A stretch of DNA of 64,000 nucleotides from an uncultured Bacteriovoracaceae bacterium (GTDB lineage Bacteria; Bdellovibrionota; UBA2394). This document shows, one piece after another, positions 48,778 to 59,010 of the stretch. A program made the position numbers and the translations under genes. How positions within the stretch are numbered: the stretch's first letter is position 1; each line of letters begins with the position of its first letter. Location of the stretch: positions 25,188 through 89,187 of the forward strand of contig CAZRCG010000010.1 in assembly GCA_964598565.1 (NCBI GenBank), in the 5' to 3' direction. Under the pieces are notes generated by a model that made no database searches, was not told the DNA's origin, and worked only from the letters and a program-made list of their open reading frames with translations.

Positions 48778-49317
48778 ATGAAAACTCTTATTTCGTTCTG
48801 CTTTTCTCTCTGTGTTATCGGTTTATCTACTGAAGTTTCTGCGCGTGATCTTACGTATAAATTTGGTGCAGGCTGGCGTCAGTCGTCCACGACGGCTCAC
48901 GTCAACAAGGCCGGGACAGCTTTTGAAGCTCGGCAACTGAATGGACTTGAAGTGTCTTATGGTGTGGCACGCGATCTGCATTTGGGTGGATTCTTCGGTT
49001 TCTTAGGTAATTTTGATTTTGCGATGGCCGGTCCAAAGTTTCGCTACGAGCTTCATCGACTTATCGATCGCGACGCCGCCGCTTGGAAACACCTTCACCT
49101 GTTTACAGAGGTTGCCTTTTTGGCGAAATTTGGTTCAGAAGCTAAATCGGGAATTTGTCTTCACGCTCCTTATCTCGGAATTGAGATTTATCCTTTAGCC
49201 GATGCTCGATTCGCCATCACAACTGCTGCGGGTCTCGTTATTGATTTTGTAGAAGAGAATCGCGTGGGCTTTACGCAAGGCCTTCTTGGGGATATCGGGA
49301 TCAAGTATTATTTTTAG
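48778..49317 (+). CDS. Small outer-membrane beta-barrel protein
   Basis: Signal peptide, alternating hydrophobic beta-strand pattern, C-terminal YYF. Confidence 0.55.
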   Translation: MKTLISFCFSLCVIGLSTEVSARDLTYKFGAGWRQSSTTAHVNKAGTAFEARQLNGLEVSYGVARDLHLGGFFGFLGNFDFAMAGPKFRYELHRLIDRDAAAWKHLHLFTEVAFLAKFGSEAKSGICLHAPYLGIEIYPLADARFAITTAAGLVIDFVEENRVGFTQGLLGDIGIKYYF

Positions 49318-49439
49318 CCGCTGTATATTCCTTTCCTTATAGTTCTCTCCTTTGCTGAATCTTAACGAGGCGTAACACGCAATGTGTTGACACGCTGAAT
49401 CACTATCAGATTCGATAGTTGTGTGGAGGCGAGGGGAAG

Positions 49440-50555
49440 ATGAGGGGATTCCGCACAACCTTTTTATTTGGGGCAATCATTGGGTGGGGCTATGAGCCTC
49501 TACTGGCTGATACGATCGTTCTAAGCGATTTTCATGGTACAATCGTAGAGTCGAGTCGAGAGCGCTTAGGAGCCTTTCAAGCACGTTTTAAATTATTTCG
49601 GGTCGATTTTCGAGCCAATACACTTCAGGCACCCGCGACGGGTCCCGCCGAGGTATGGGTTACTCAGGCTGAACTAAAAGAAATGGAGATGTATCTCGCC
49701 AAGGGGAATAACCGCCCTGGCTCTCTCAATCGCCGGTTTAAATTAGAAGATGGTCGTGAGATTATTCCGGGCGAATATTATGTGACGTTAGATTCGTTTG
49801 GCGATTTTCTCGACTCTACCGACGGACAGAATCCACTGATTCGACAATGGCTTGAGGCAGAGAGTCGAAAAAAGCAAATCGAGAAACATATTACTCATGA
49901 AAAGGGTTCCCGCTCGAAAGTGGTGTCTCATATTCAAGGTCGGGCTTTCGAGGTGATGCAGTACCGGTTGTCTACCCCAGAGCTAGCCCAGAGTTTTGGT
50001 ATCTTAACGGCGTCAGGTTATTCGCGTGAAGTATGGATGGAGTTCTTTCGATTCCTTCATAAGAAGAGGCTGATAAAAAATCTTCCGAACGAAGATTATA
50101 TATTCAGTGTGGCGCAGAGAGATTTTGATATTTATGACTTAGCGGGTAATTCTGCAAGCCAGAAGATTCAAGTTCTTGAAGAAGTGATTCGGCAATTAAG
50201 ACGAGTGCCGCTGAAAGAGTCCGACAATCAAACCAATTTAGATGCCGACGGCGATGCTCGTTTGCATACCGTGATGGTTCTTGAAGATCATGCCGGTGTT
50301 ATGGAGCTGATTTGGGCTCGTCTCAGAGCGCTCGTTCAGGGTCGTATTGTTCCTGTAAAAATTGTTTTAGTGCACGCGGGTGATGATGAAATTGTGGCGG
50401 CCAGTGGTCGTCCCCGCGTGGTGGTCATTCGAGGTGACGGTACATGGCGCGAGCCCACTGAGACGGAGTGGACAGAGTGGTTTCCGGCGAAGTCTGGCTT
50501 GAGAGATTGTGGATCACTCGTTGCTCGGATGGCGTCACAGGGTGTCTCAATGTGA
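49440..50555 (+). CDS. Hypothetical secreted protein
   Basis: Start at M8 (MRGFRTTFLFGAIIGWG) after RBS GGAGGCGAGGGG. No recognisable domain. Confidence 0.5.
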   Translation: MRGFRTTFLFGAIIGWGYEPLLADTIVLSDFHGTIVESSRERLGAFQARFKLFRVDFRANTLQAPATGPAEVWVTQAELKEMEMYLAKGNNRPGSLNRRFKLEDGREIIPGEYYVTLDSFGDFLDSTDGQNPLIRQWLEAESRKKQIEKHITHEKGSRSKVVSHIQGRAFEVMQYRLSTPELAQSFGILTASGYSREVWMEFFRFLHKKRLIKNLPNEDYIFSVAQRDFDIYDLAGNSASQKIQVLEEVIRQLRRVPLKESDNQTNLDADGDARLHTVMVLEDHAGVMELIWARLRALVQGRIVPVKIVLVHAGDDEIVAASGRPRVVVIRGDGTWREPTETEWTEWFPAKSGLRDCGSLVARMASQGVSM

Positions 50556-50584
50556 TTTGAGAGGCAAAAAGAGGGAGGGGATGT

Positions 50585-52885
50585 ATGAACAGTGGGTATC
50601 ATTGTAGGGGTCGTCTTCGTGGGCTCTTGAATTCGTTTCAACCGTTTCAAAATATCTTCGCGAGTTTTTCTCTCTTCGTTTTCGTCGCCGTCATGGGAAT
50701 GAATTTTCTATCAACTCCTGTGGAGGCCGCGGCGAAAAAGATGGCTAAATCCAAATGTGCGGTGAAGGTCGCCACACTTACTCCCAAGGCCACGTCTCAA
50801 GCCGTCAACAGTTCTCAGTCGGTCGACCCGAAAGTGCTTGAACGCATAGGCAAAAAGGCAGCTCAGTATTTTCGAGAGCGACTTCGGTGGCCTGAAGCCG
50901 AAGAGTTAGCCTTGCTAGCCGTTGTTTCTGAGGAAGAGCTGGAAGACTATCGAGATATTCTGTCGAGCCCTGAGAAGGTAGCCGATCTCTATGGCAAGTC
51001 TCATATCGATACCACCCGCAGCGCCTTCATTCGCACGTATTCGCGGCTTTTGCGGTCTCTCACGCGTACGCCCTCGTTGGAAGAAGTGATTCGTGAAATG
51101 GCGCTCGAGCGACAGGTGGAGGTTTCGTCGCTAGAAGGGGCTTTGCTGTTTGGCGAAGGCAAACTGTTTTCGAGTCTTGATCACCTCAAAGAGATGACAC
51201 GCGTTAAATATCCCAAGTCATTTCGAGGAGCAATTGATACGAGCGTCTTCAATGAAGAGCGTCTGCAACGAACCATCGCCGCTCTAGAGACGAGGCAACG
51301 ATTCATAGTGACCACTGCAGTCGCAGGAAGTCCGGTGAATAGGGATTATTTGGAATCTTTGCTTCGTTATGCAGAAATGAATGACGCCGATATTATCGTG
51401 ATTCCGGCAAATTTTATGACGGACGGTTTGGACCCCGTGCTGCTAAATCATCCAAGAATTCATGTTTTGACTCATACCATTGAACTTAGCCCTTGGCTGG
51501 CTATCAGCAAAATTAAGTTGATGGCGAAACAGATCGAACCTTTAACGGGGCTTGATAGATTGGCGCGACATAATCAGACATTGATTGTAGGAAGCCCGAA
51601 GCTCCATTCTAGAACGATTCCTTCAGAAGAAAACATGTTCACTCCCAAGCGACTTTTTACTACCGGCGGTATTACAGACCCTGACTACAATGGTGAAAAA
51701 TATATTCAAGGGCGAACCGATGAGATTGCCCTCCATGACCACCGCTTAGGCGCTCTGATCTTGGAACGAACGTTTGGTGGAAACAATATTATCAAGCTCG
51801 GCCGGGCGGGCACCTTCCATATGAGACATATTGAGTTTATTCCAGAAAAAAAGGGCTTTATGGATTTGAACAGTTTCTATACTCCCACGGCAGTCATAAC
51901 GAAGCGACTTGAAGCCCTCGTGTTGGGAGATATTCATGTGGGCGACACAGATCAAAAGCTCTTGAACTCTCTGCGTGACTTGATCAAGAAAGTTCGACCT
52001 AAACGAGTGGTCATTCACGATTTATTCAACGGTCACTCCGTATCTCATCATGATCGTACTAAATTTGTGAGCTTGGCGCAGAAAGCACAACAGGGAGAAC
52101 TAAATCTTGCGCACGAGTTATCTCAGGTGGCCGCGTTTATCAATGCTCTGTTGAGCGTCGACCCTGATCTGTCGATTGTAATCGTGCCATCGAATCACGA
52201 TTTTTGGTTGCATCGCTATCTCCAAGAAGGGCGCTTTATGACCGATCCCAACAATGCGAAGCTGGCGATCGAATTAGCAAGAGTATTCTTAAACGGCCAA
52301 GACCCATTGGAGTATGCGCTCAAATCAGGATATCAACCTTATACCAATCGGGATGCACGAACGCAGCATACCAATCGAGACGGCTTAATTGGTTCTGGCG
52401 GAATTGATGAGCCTCAGAGAGTAGTGTTCTTAAAGCCTGGCATTGGTTATCGCGTCGGTGAACTCGAAGATCGTAAGGTCTTGCTGGGCCACCACGGCCA
52501 TGTGGGAGCCAATGGCGGAAAAGCCTCTCTCAAGACCTTGCAAAAAGGCGCAGACAGAGCGGTATTTGGTCATACGCATACCGATGGTCGTTTGAATGGT
52601 ACGGTGAATATCGGAACCTTCACGAAGTTGAAATTGGCCTACAATTCTGAAGGCATCTCAAGCTGGGTTCAATCAGCCGCTCTTGTCGGACCCTATGGTG
52701 AGATTCAATCCATTCAGTTCAAAGATGGGGAATGGTTTTCAGGCGCTGAAATGGAGAATGAGACCACAAAAACGAAGCCCTTCTTTATGCCAGATTATCC
52801 GAAGGTTATTCCCAACAAATCGACGAGTTTCGAAACTGGGCAGCTCGGTCACACGGGCCAAATTGATCAGTGGGGAGGCCATTGA
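50585..52885 (+). CDS. Large secreted protein with a C-terminal calcineurin-like metallophosphoesterase domain and an uncharacterised about 400-aa N-terminal region
   Basis: RBS GAGGGAGGGG. Signal-like FASFSLFVFVAVMGMNFLSTPVEA. Metallophosphoesterase motifs GDIHVGD, VVIHDLFNGH, PSNHDFW, GHHGH, GHTHTDG. Confidence 0.65.
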   Translation: MNSGYHCRGRLRGLLNSFQPFQNIFASFSLFVFVAVMGMNFLSTPVEAAAKKMAKSKCAVKVATLTPKATSQAVNSSQSVDPKVLERIGKKAAQYFRERLRWPEAEELALLAVVSEEELEDYRDILSSPEKVADLYGKSHIDTTRSAFIRTYSRLLRSLTRTPSLEEVIREMALERQVEVSSLEGALLFGEGKLFSSLDHLKEMTRVKYPKSFRGAIDTSVFNEERLQRTIAALETRQRFIVTTAVAGSPVNRDYLESLLRYAEMNDADIIVIPANFMTDGLDPVLLNHPRIHVLTHTIELSPWLAISKIKLMAKQIEPLTGLDRLARHNQTLIVGSPKLHSRTIPSEENMFTPKRLFTTGGITDPDYNGEKYIQGRTDEIALHDHRLGALILERTFGGNNIIKLGRAGTFHMRHIEFIPEKKGFMDLNSFYTPTAVITKRLEALVLGDIHVGDTDQKLLNSLRDLIKKVRPKRVVIHDLFNGHSVSHHDRTKFVSLAQKAQQGELNLAHELSQVAAFINALLSVDPDLSIVIVPSNHDFWLHRYLQEGRFMTDPNNAKLAIELARVFLNGQDPLEYALKSGYQPYTNRDARTQHTNRDGLIGSGGIDEPQRVVFLKPGIGYRVGELEDRKVLLGHHGHVGANGGKASLKTLQKGADRAVFGHTHTDGRLNGTVNIGTFTKLKLAYNSEGISSWVQSAALVGPYGEIQSIQFKDGEWFSGAEMENETTKTKPFFMPDYPKVIPNKSTSFETGQLGHTGQIDQWGGH

Positions 52886-52940
52886 AATTGTGCTGGGCAT
52901 TGCAATAGTCGTTCAAGCTCCTCAAAGCACTAGTGGTCGA

Positions 52941-53678
52941 CTAGTAACGAGGTCCGCGGGGTCGTTCTCTCAGATCGCTTAAAAGGCGTTGGCGGTATTG
53001 TTCGGCCACTTGATTTCTTTCCCTTTGCAGACAAATTTTTTGCTCTTTGTCACCCACAAATGTTTGAAGGATTCGTTTGTGAGGATTGGCAACTGGCGCA
53101 ACGGCTAAATAGCATAGTGGCAGCTTGGTGGCTTGCGCCATAGCGTTCATGGCTCGAGCAAACTGAGCGACTCGCTTATTTTGACTCTTGTCGGTGGTCA
53201 CGATGAAGTGGAAGGCCAAAAGACTAAGGGCATCGATTCGATTGCGAAGCTGAGACATTGTCTCGCTTGTAGAGTCTAGATTTTCACTAAGAATGCGTCG
53301 AGTCTTAGCCAGAATCTTAGGTTGCACGACCGAAAGGGCTAACATCAAGCCCATCTGTTCTTCCTCGGCTCTAGATTTATAGGTTACCTTTTGAAGTTGA
53401 TCCTTCATATTAGACCATTCTGCTGAGGCTAAATACCCCTCGACATCATCGATGCTCGCCATTTCTGAAATAGCTTGCGAATGGCGCAAGGCGGGGGTGA
53501 TGATGGCATTAAACCTTGCAGCAGTCCAAGGGCCTGGGCGAGTCACGGTTGTAGGGAGTGGCCCGTCGCTCGGACGTCCAAATCGATCGCGGGCGTTATC
53601 TTCAATGGCGAAGGCCGTTTGGACGCTGGCGACACTCACCATTAAGGCAGAAAGAGATGCGATTGTTAAATAACCCAT
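52941..53678 (-). CDS. Hypothetical secreted protein
   Basis: Start at MGYLTIASLSALMVSVASVQTAFA (signal peptide) with RBS AAGGGGGT. Confidence 0.5.
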   Translation of the reverse strand: MGYLTIASLSALMVSVASVQTAFAIEDNARDRFGRPSDGPLPTTVTRPGPWTAARFNAIITPALRHSQAISEMASIDDVEGYLASAEWSNMKDQLQKVTYKSRAEEEQMGLMLALSVVQPKILAKTRRILSENLDSTSETMSQLRNRIDALSLLAFHFIVTTDKSQNKRVAQFARAMNAMAQATKLPLCYLAVAPVANPHKRILQTFVGDKEQKICLQRERNQVAEQYRQRLLSDLRERPRGPRY

Positions 53679-53820
53679 AAAAACCCCCTTAAAATTAATA
53701 TCAAACTTCCTAATATCAAACTTCAATAGTTTGAAAAATCCCATTAACAAAGAAGGCCCTACCCTAATCCAGGATTAAGAACTTCGCAAGGGGGCCCGAT
53801 TCGAGATACTTCTAAGCCAT

Positions 53821-55743
53821 ATGAACTTGCTCCAGGTGCAGAATGCCAGCAAAAGCTTTGCCTCTAAGACTCTGTTTGAGAACGCCAGTTTTTCAGTAAA
53901 CGGGGGGGAGCATATCGGGGTCATCGGCCCCAATGGCGCTGGCAAGACCTCGCTGTTTAAAGCTCTGGTGGGGGAGCTTGAGCTGGATGCCGGTGAGATC
54001 ATTCGGTCGCGAGAACTGCGCATCGGTTATCTTCGTCAACACGATACCTGGGACGATCAGCAATCGGTCGAAGAGTTTTTAGCCGCAGATTCACGGATGC
54101 CGCTTTGGGATTTGAGAAAATTGGGCCTAGGGCTAGGTCTCAGCGATGAGCGATTTTCGGCGCCCATTCACTCTTTGAGCGGCGGTTACCGAATGCGGGT
54201 CAAGCTTTTGCATTTGTTGGCGCAAGAGCCCAATCTCATGATGCTGGATGAGCCGACAAACTATTTAGATTTAGAAACTCTCTTAGTTTTGGAGCGATTT
54301 CTTCAAGACTTTCAAGGCGCCTTTCTTCTCATTTCTCACGATCGTGAATTTCTCAGACGGACGACCGATCATATTCTTGAGATTGAAGCGGGAGATTTTG
54401 TTAAATTTCCAGGAACTATCGACGACTATTTTGAAGAAAAGGCTCTGCTTCGAGAACAAATTGAAAAGCAGGCGCTGGGCCAGGCCGCGCGGCGCAAACA
54501 AATCTTAGATTTTGCGGCACGCTTCGGCGCCAAAGCTACTAAAGCGCGGCAAGTTCAGAGTCGTCTGAAGCTCCTTAATAAAATGGAGAGTATCGAACTA
54601 AAGCCGCTGCCCTTGGCGGCGAAAATTCGAATTCCGCCACCGACGCCCACTGGTCGCATTGCCTTTGAAATTCGCGATGCCGATATGGGGTATGGAGATA
54701 AGACGATTTTATCGAAGGTGGAGTGGCTGGCTGAAAAAGGCGATCGCATTGGCGTGGTAGGCTACAACGGCGTTGGTAAATCGACCTTTTTAAAGTCGAT
54801 TGCCCGCGAAATACCTTTGCTTCACGGCGAAGTAAAAGAGGGCTACCAGGTGACGTCAGCTTTTTATGCTCAACATGTGTCGGAGCGTTTGAAGCCGAAC
54901 GATACTATTTTTCAGGCACTTGACTCGGCGGCGTTTCCTATGACTCGACCGCAAGAGATTTTAGATTTGGCCGGCTCCTTGCTTTTTTCGGGAGACGATG
55001 TGAAGAAAAAGATTTCGGTTCTCTCTGGGGGAGAGAAGGCCCGAGTCGCTTTGGGGCAAATTCTTTTAAAACGGGCGCCACTTCTTATTTTAGATGAGCC
55101 AACGAATCATCTCGATTTTTTTACGGTGGAAGCCCTGACCCAGGCGCTCGAAACTTATACGGGCACGCTGATATTTGTAAGTCACGATCGGGGCTTTGTG
55201 CGCCGAGTGGCCACAAAAATATTGGAAGTGCGATCGGGGCGTTTGAATTCGTATCTTGGCACTTACGATGACTATGTGTGGATGGTTCAGCAAAAACAGA
55301 TGAGAGGTGATACGGAGCCTGAAGCCTCGACCGTTGAAACCAGAAGACCTCCTAAAGACGGAGAGGCGTCGTCAGGAGTTTCGGTAGGGGATTCCGCCGC
55401 ATCAACAAAGTCGCAAGCGACTATGGCAGTGTCGCCTATCAAGATAACTCGGTCGGCGTTGCCGCCTGAGATTAGAGAGCGTCTTAAACAGCTCGAGGCC
55501 GATAAGCGAAATCACGATAAACGAATTCAAGATCTCGATAAAAAGGTAAAGGTGCTGACACAGCGTATGGAGGAGCAATCCCAAAAGCTCACGACTCTAT
55601 CGGGAGCCGATGCTAGTCAAATAGCGCGAGAGATGGCGGCCGCCCAAAAGAAGATTCAAGAACTTGAGAACGAGATTTTAACTGCCATGGAAGAAAAAGA
55701 GACTGCCACGGCCGAGGTGGAGCGCCTTAAGTCGACCGATTAA
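53821..55743 (+). CDS. ABC-F family ATPase (EttA/Uup-like, two ABC cassettes plus a C-terminal coiled coil)
   Basis: Two Walker A motifs (GPNGAGKTS, GYNGVGKST) and two signature motifs (LSGGYRMR, LSGGEKARV). Acidic coiled-coil tail. Confidence 0.85.
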   Translation: MNLLQVQNASKSFASKTLFENASFSVNGGEHIGVIGPNGAGKTSLFKALVGELELDAGEIIRSRELRIGYLRQHDTWDDQQSVEEFLAADSRMPLWDLRKLGLGLGLSDERFSAPIHSLSGGYRMRVKLLHLLAQEPNLMMLDEPTNYLDLETLLVLERFLQDFQGAFLLISHDREFLRRTTDHILEIEAGDFVKFPGTIDDYFEEKALLREQIEKQALGQAARRKQILDFAARFGAKATKARQVQSRLKLLNKMESIELKPLPLAAKIRIPPPTPTGRIAFEIRDADMGYGDKTILSKVEWLAEKGDRIGVVGYNGVGKSTFLKSIAREIPLLHGEVKEGYQVTSAFYAQHVSERLKPNDTIFQALDSAAFPMTRPQEILDLAGSLLFSGDDVKKKISVLSGGEKARVALGQILLKRAPLLILDEPTNHLDFFTVEALTQALETYTGTLIFVSHDRGFVRRVATKILEVRSGRLNSYLGTYDDYVWMVQQKQMRGDTEPEASTVETRRPPKDGEASSGVSVGDSAASTKSQATMAVSPIKITRSALPPEIRERLKQLEADKRNHDKRIQDLDKKVKVLTQRMEEQSQKLTTLSGADASQIAREMAAAQKKIQELENEILTAMEEKETATAEVERLKSTD

Positions 55744-55756
55744 ATAGGCCAAAGGA

Positions 55757-56794
55757 GTGTCGATGTCGACATCGTCGTTTTATGAATTAACAACCGACCA
55801 TGTGCTTGAAGCTGTTGAGCGTTCGCTCTATCGGCGAGACGCAGGGTGTCGAGCCACTGGATCGGTGATGGCGCTCAATAGTCTGGAAAATCGAGTCTAT
55901 CAGATGGATTTTGAAGATGGTCTGAAAGTGGTCACTAAATTCTATCGGCCCAATCGCTGGTCGCTAGAACAGATTCGAGAAGAACATCTTTATTTAACTA
56001 AGTTGGCTCAGGCCGAAGTGCCTGTGGTATGCCCGATGGTTCTTCCGCAGGGTATTTCTGTGCCAGACAATTGGCTAGAGGCTGGGTTGCGGGAGCCCAC
56101 AATTGCCCAGTCTCAAGAGGGTATTTTGTTTGCGGTCTTTCCGATGGTGAAGGGCCGACTACTTGATGAATTGGGCGAGTCTCATCTGCAAACTTTGGGT
56201 CGCTATGTGGCTCGAATTCATCGCGTCGGCGAAACCATGGGTCCTTCGCTTCGACACCGCATTGATCCTGAAACCTTTGGCTATCAGCCGCTCGATTATT
56301 TGTTGGACTCCGATTTTTTTGAGACCGACGCCTTGGCCCAGCAGTACGAGTCGACCGTAGAAGATTTATTGGCGCTGATTGAGCCCATGTTTGAAGGGCA
56401 AAAGATGATTAGGGTGCATGGGGATTGTCATTTGGGTAATACACTCTGGCAAGGCGAGGCACCTTTCTTTTTAGATTTTGACGATTGCTGTCTAGCGCCG
56501 GCGGTTCAAGATATTTGGATGATTGTTCGAGGTCGTGACGAACGAGCTAAAAAAGATCGAGACGCTTTGGTACGAAGTTATGAGCAGATGAATGAGTTTG
56601 ACGATGAAGAACTTCGCCTTATTGAGCCATTGCGAGCTCTTCGTATTATTCATTATAGCGCTTGGATTGCACAGCGCTGGGAAGATCCCTCGTTCGAAAA
56701 AGCGTTTCCCGATTTTGGTACAGCACGTTACTGGCAAGATGAAATGTCAGAGCTGTCGCATATTTTTTCAAGCCTAAGTCGAGGGGATACTTAA
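55757..56794 (+). CDS. srkA: Stress-response Ser/Thr kinase SrkA/YihE family
   Basis: KFYRPNRWSLEQIREEH and the HGDCHLGNTLWQ / DFDD catalytic segment are typical of YihE/RdoA. Confidence 0.8.
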   Translation: MSMSTSSFYELTTDHVLEAVERSLYRRDAGCRATGSVMALNSLENRVYQMDFEDGLKVVTKFYRPNRWSLEQIREEHLYLTKLAQAEVPVVCPMVLPQGISVPDNWLEAGLREPTIAQSQEGILFAVFPMVKGRLLDELGESHLQTLGRYVARIHRVGETMGPSLRHRIDPETFGYQPLDYLLDSDFFETDALAQQYESTVEDLLALIEPMFEGQKMIRVHGDCHLGNTLWQGEAPFFLDFDDCCLAPAVQDIWMIVRGRDERAKKDRDALVRSYEQMNEFDDEELRLIEPLRALRIIHYSAWIAQRWEDPSFEKAFPDFGTARYWQDEMSELSHIFSSLSRGDT

Positions 56795-56795
56795 G

Positions 56796-56811
56796 GCCCA
56801 TCCGGATGGGC
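56796..56811. terminator. Palindromic hairpin between convergent srkA and shc, a candidate bidirectional terminator
   Basis: GGCCCATCC|GGATGGGC is a perfect inverted repeat lying exactly between the two stop codons. No strong T-run. Confidence 0.4.
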
Positions 56812-56813
56812 TA

Positions 56814-58856
56814 TTAGAGTCGGTCCCTACGAGATTTAGAATCGGTCTCTAGAATTCGCTTGAGTCTTCCAGTCGCAATGAGAGGAAAATAATGGCGATA
56901 CCCTTCGTAGCGCAAATAAAAATGCTGAGGAAAGCCTGTGCCGGTAAATTCAGGTTCGCTAAGGCCGTTGTCGGTCCAGCGGCTTTCAAGATAGTTAACC
57001 CCTCGCATCATCGCGCTGAGGGTGGTCTCATCTAGCGGAAATATGGAGAGGCCGAGAAGGGCCCACGCGGTTTGGCTGGGTGTTGAGTTCCAGCGGCTGA
57101 TTTGAGTGTTCGGAATATACGAATCACAGCCTTCACCCCAACCGCCATCGTCGTTTTGACGTAGAAGAAGAAATTTGAGAGCCCGTTGCAAATAGGGTGC
57201 TTGGGCTGGTTCACCTACCGAGCGTAAACCTACGAGCGCCGCCGATGTTCCGTAGATTAGGTTCACGCCCCAACGCCCAAACCACGAGCCATCCGGTCTC
57301 TGCACGCGCTTCAGATAGCGAACGGCCCGTCTCACAGGGAGCGAATGTGATAAACCGAGCTCGGCAAAACATTCAAGTACATGGCCTGTCACATCAGGAT
57401 TCGATGGATCAATCAGCGATTTCATATCGGCAAAGGGAATGCGATTCAGAATCGTCTGGTTGTTGTCGCGATCGAAAGTACCAAAGCCCCCATCGGAGCC
57501 TTGCATCCCCATCATCCACGCTAAAGCGGGTTGTAATTCTTTGGTGGTCATTCCTAGACGGTGCAGCACCATCGTGACCACGCAGGTATCATCAATATCG
57601 GGATACTGTGAGTTAAAATATTGAAAACTCCAGGCCGCTGTTGGCGTATTCTTTTTTATCTTCGCTTTGGTAAACCAATCGCCTTTGAGAGTGCTGCGAC
57701 TCTCCCAAAGAAAAGTCTTGATGGTTTGTAGACGCGTATCATTGGGCGATACGCCAGATTCGAGCATGCCAAGAGCTCCAAGCGCTGAGTCCCAGATGGG
57801 CGACACACAACTTTGCAGAATGGCAATGTCGGAATTTTCCGCAGACTCCAATACCTCAATACTGTCGCTGATTCCGCGCGTAAACCGATTCAAAGCGGCT
57901 AAGCCCTTTTGAATCGGTGTGGCCGTCAGAGGCATTCCTAGAGCATGTAGAGCCATGATTGAATTGAGCATCGGGGGTTGAATGCCACCCCAATCGCCGC
58001 TCTCTTCTTGGTGACTCAAAATCCATTGTTTAGCTCTCTCTACACAAAACGCGCGTAGAGGCTTGAGGGGAATCTTTGATTCGTAGACGGCCACGCCCAA
58101 ACTGAGCGCTTTAAATACCTGTTCCCAGTTGATGAAGGGCCAATCCCATTTGCTGGTTTTAATAATCCAGCTGTGATCCGCTTCTTGAGCTTCTAAATAG
58201 TCGGTGGCAACTTTGTCGGAGGGCGACAGAAATAGCTCATCCACGTCAAAGTCGAGAGACTTTATTTTTTGTAGATGAAATAAAATCGTTAGAGGAACAA
58301 TGGTCACGCGCGACCAGTACGAAAATTCCAAAATATGAAAGGGCAGTCCGCGAGGGGCCAACATGATCTCAGGAGGAATCATGGGAATGCCTTCGAAAGG
58401 ATATAGGCCAAAATGCGCCAACCATATTTTGGTAAATACACGAGCCTGTCGAATGCCACCTTGCGATAAAATATAGTCTTTGGCTTTCACGAGTGCAGAG
58501 TGGTTGGCAGGGTAACCCGCCAGCCTCAGGGCAAAGTAGGCTTCGATAGACGTGCTTAAATTGCCCGGGCCATTGTAGTGCAAATTCCATGAGCCATCAT
58601 TCGACTGGCGGCTCAAGATGCCCTTTGCAAGGCGCTGCATAAGAACGCCGTCGTCAAGATCGAGCCAACGCAAAAACATTATATACTCGGCATTCATTGT
58701 AATATTGTCGTCGAGTGGAAAATGCCAGTGGCCCTGTTTATTGAGCTTCGTCCACAGTAGATCTTGAAGATTGTTAGAGAGTGTCTCTAACGGATCACGA
58801 AAATGCGTGACAGAAAGAGGCTTTCGTAGACTGTTATCGAGACGAGAGCTCATCAT
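56814..58856 (-). CDS. shc: Squalene-hopene cyclase
   Basis: DxDDTA motif (PDIDDTCVV). Multiple QW repeats (DGSW, QRPDGSWFGRWG, QNDDGGWGE). Start chosen at the internal M (MMSSRLD), since the longer ORF overlaps the upstream region. Confidence 0.8.
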   Translation of the reverse strand: MMSSRLDNSLRKPLSVTHFRDPLETLSNNLQDLLWTKLNKQGHWHFPLDDNITMNAEYIMFLRWLDLDDGVLMQRLAKGILSRQSNDGSWNLHYNGPGNLSTSIEAYFALRLAGYPANHSALVKAKDYILSQGGIRQARVFTKIWLAHFGLYPFEGIPMIPPEIMLAPRGLPFHILEFSYWSRVTIVPLTILFHLQKIKSLDFDVDELFLSPSDKVATDYLEAQEADHSWIIKTSKWDWPFINWEQVFKALSLGVAVYESKIPLKPLRAFCVERAKQWILSHQEESGDWGGIQPPMLNSIMALHALGMPLTATPIQKGLAALNRFTRGISDSIEVLESAENSDIAILQSCVSPIWDSALGALGMLESGVSPNDTRLQTIKTFLWESRSTLKGDWFTKAKIKKNTPTAAWSFQYFNSQYPDIDDTCVVTMVLHRLGMTTKELQPALAWMMGMQGSDGGFGTFDRDNNQTILNRIPFADMKSLIDPSNPDVTGHVLECFAELGLSHSLPVRRAVRYLKRVQRPDGSWFGRWGVNLIYGTSAALVGLRSVGEPAQAPYLQRALKFLLLRQNDDGGWGEGCDSYIPNTQISRWNSTPSQTAWALLGLSIFPLDETTLSAMMRGVNYLESRWTDNGLSEPEFTGTGFPQHFYLRYEGYRHYFPLIATGRLKRILETDSKSRRDRL

Positions 58857-59010
58857 GGATATCAGCTTGCTACTGTATTTTGAGGTGCTTAGGAAGTCCA
58901 TTAAGAAGAGTTTCACGACGTGTCGTAAGGGCTCCAATCAGGGGGGCCTTGCTTCAATTGCCGTCGATAAATGATTTTGGTATGAGCCCAGGCTGGGTTA
59001 GCTTATTGTT

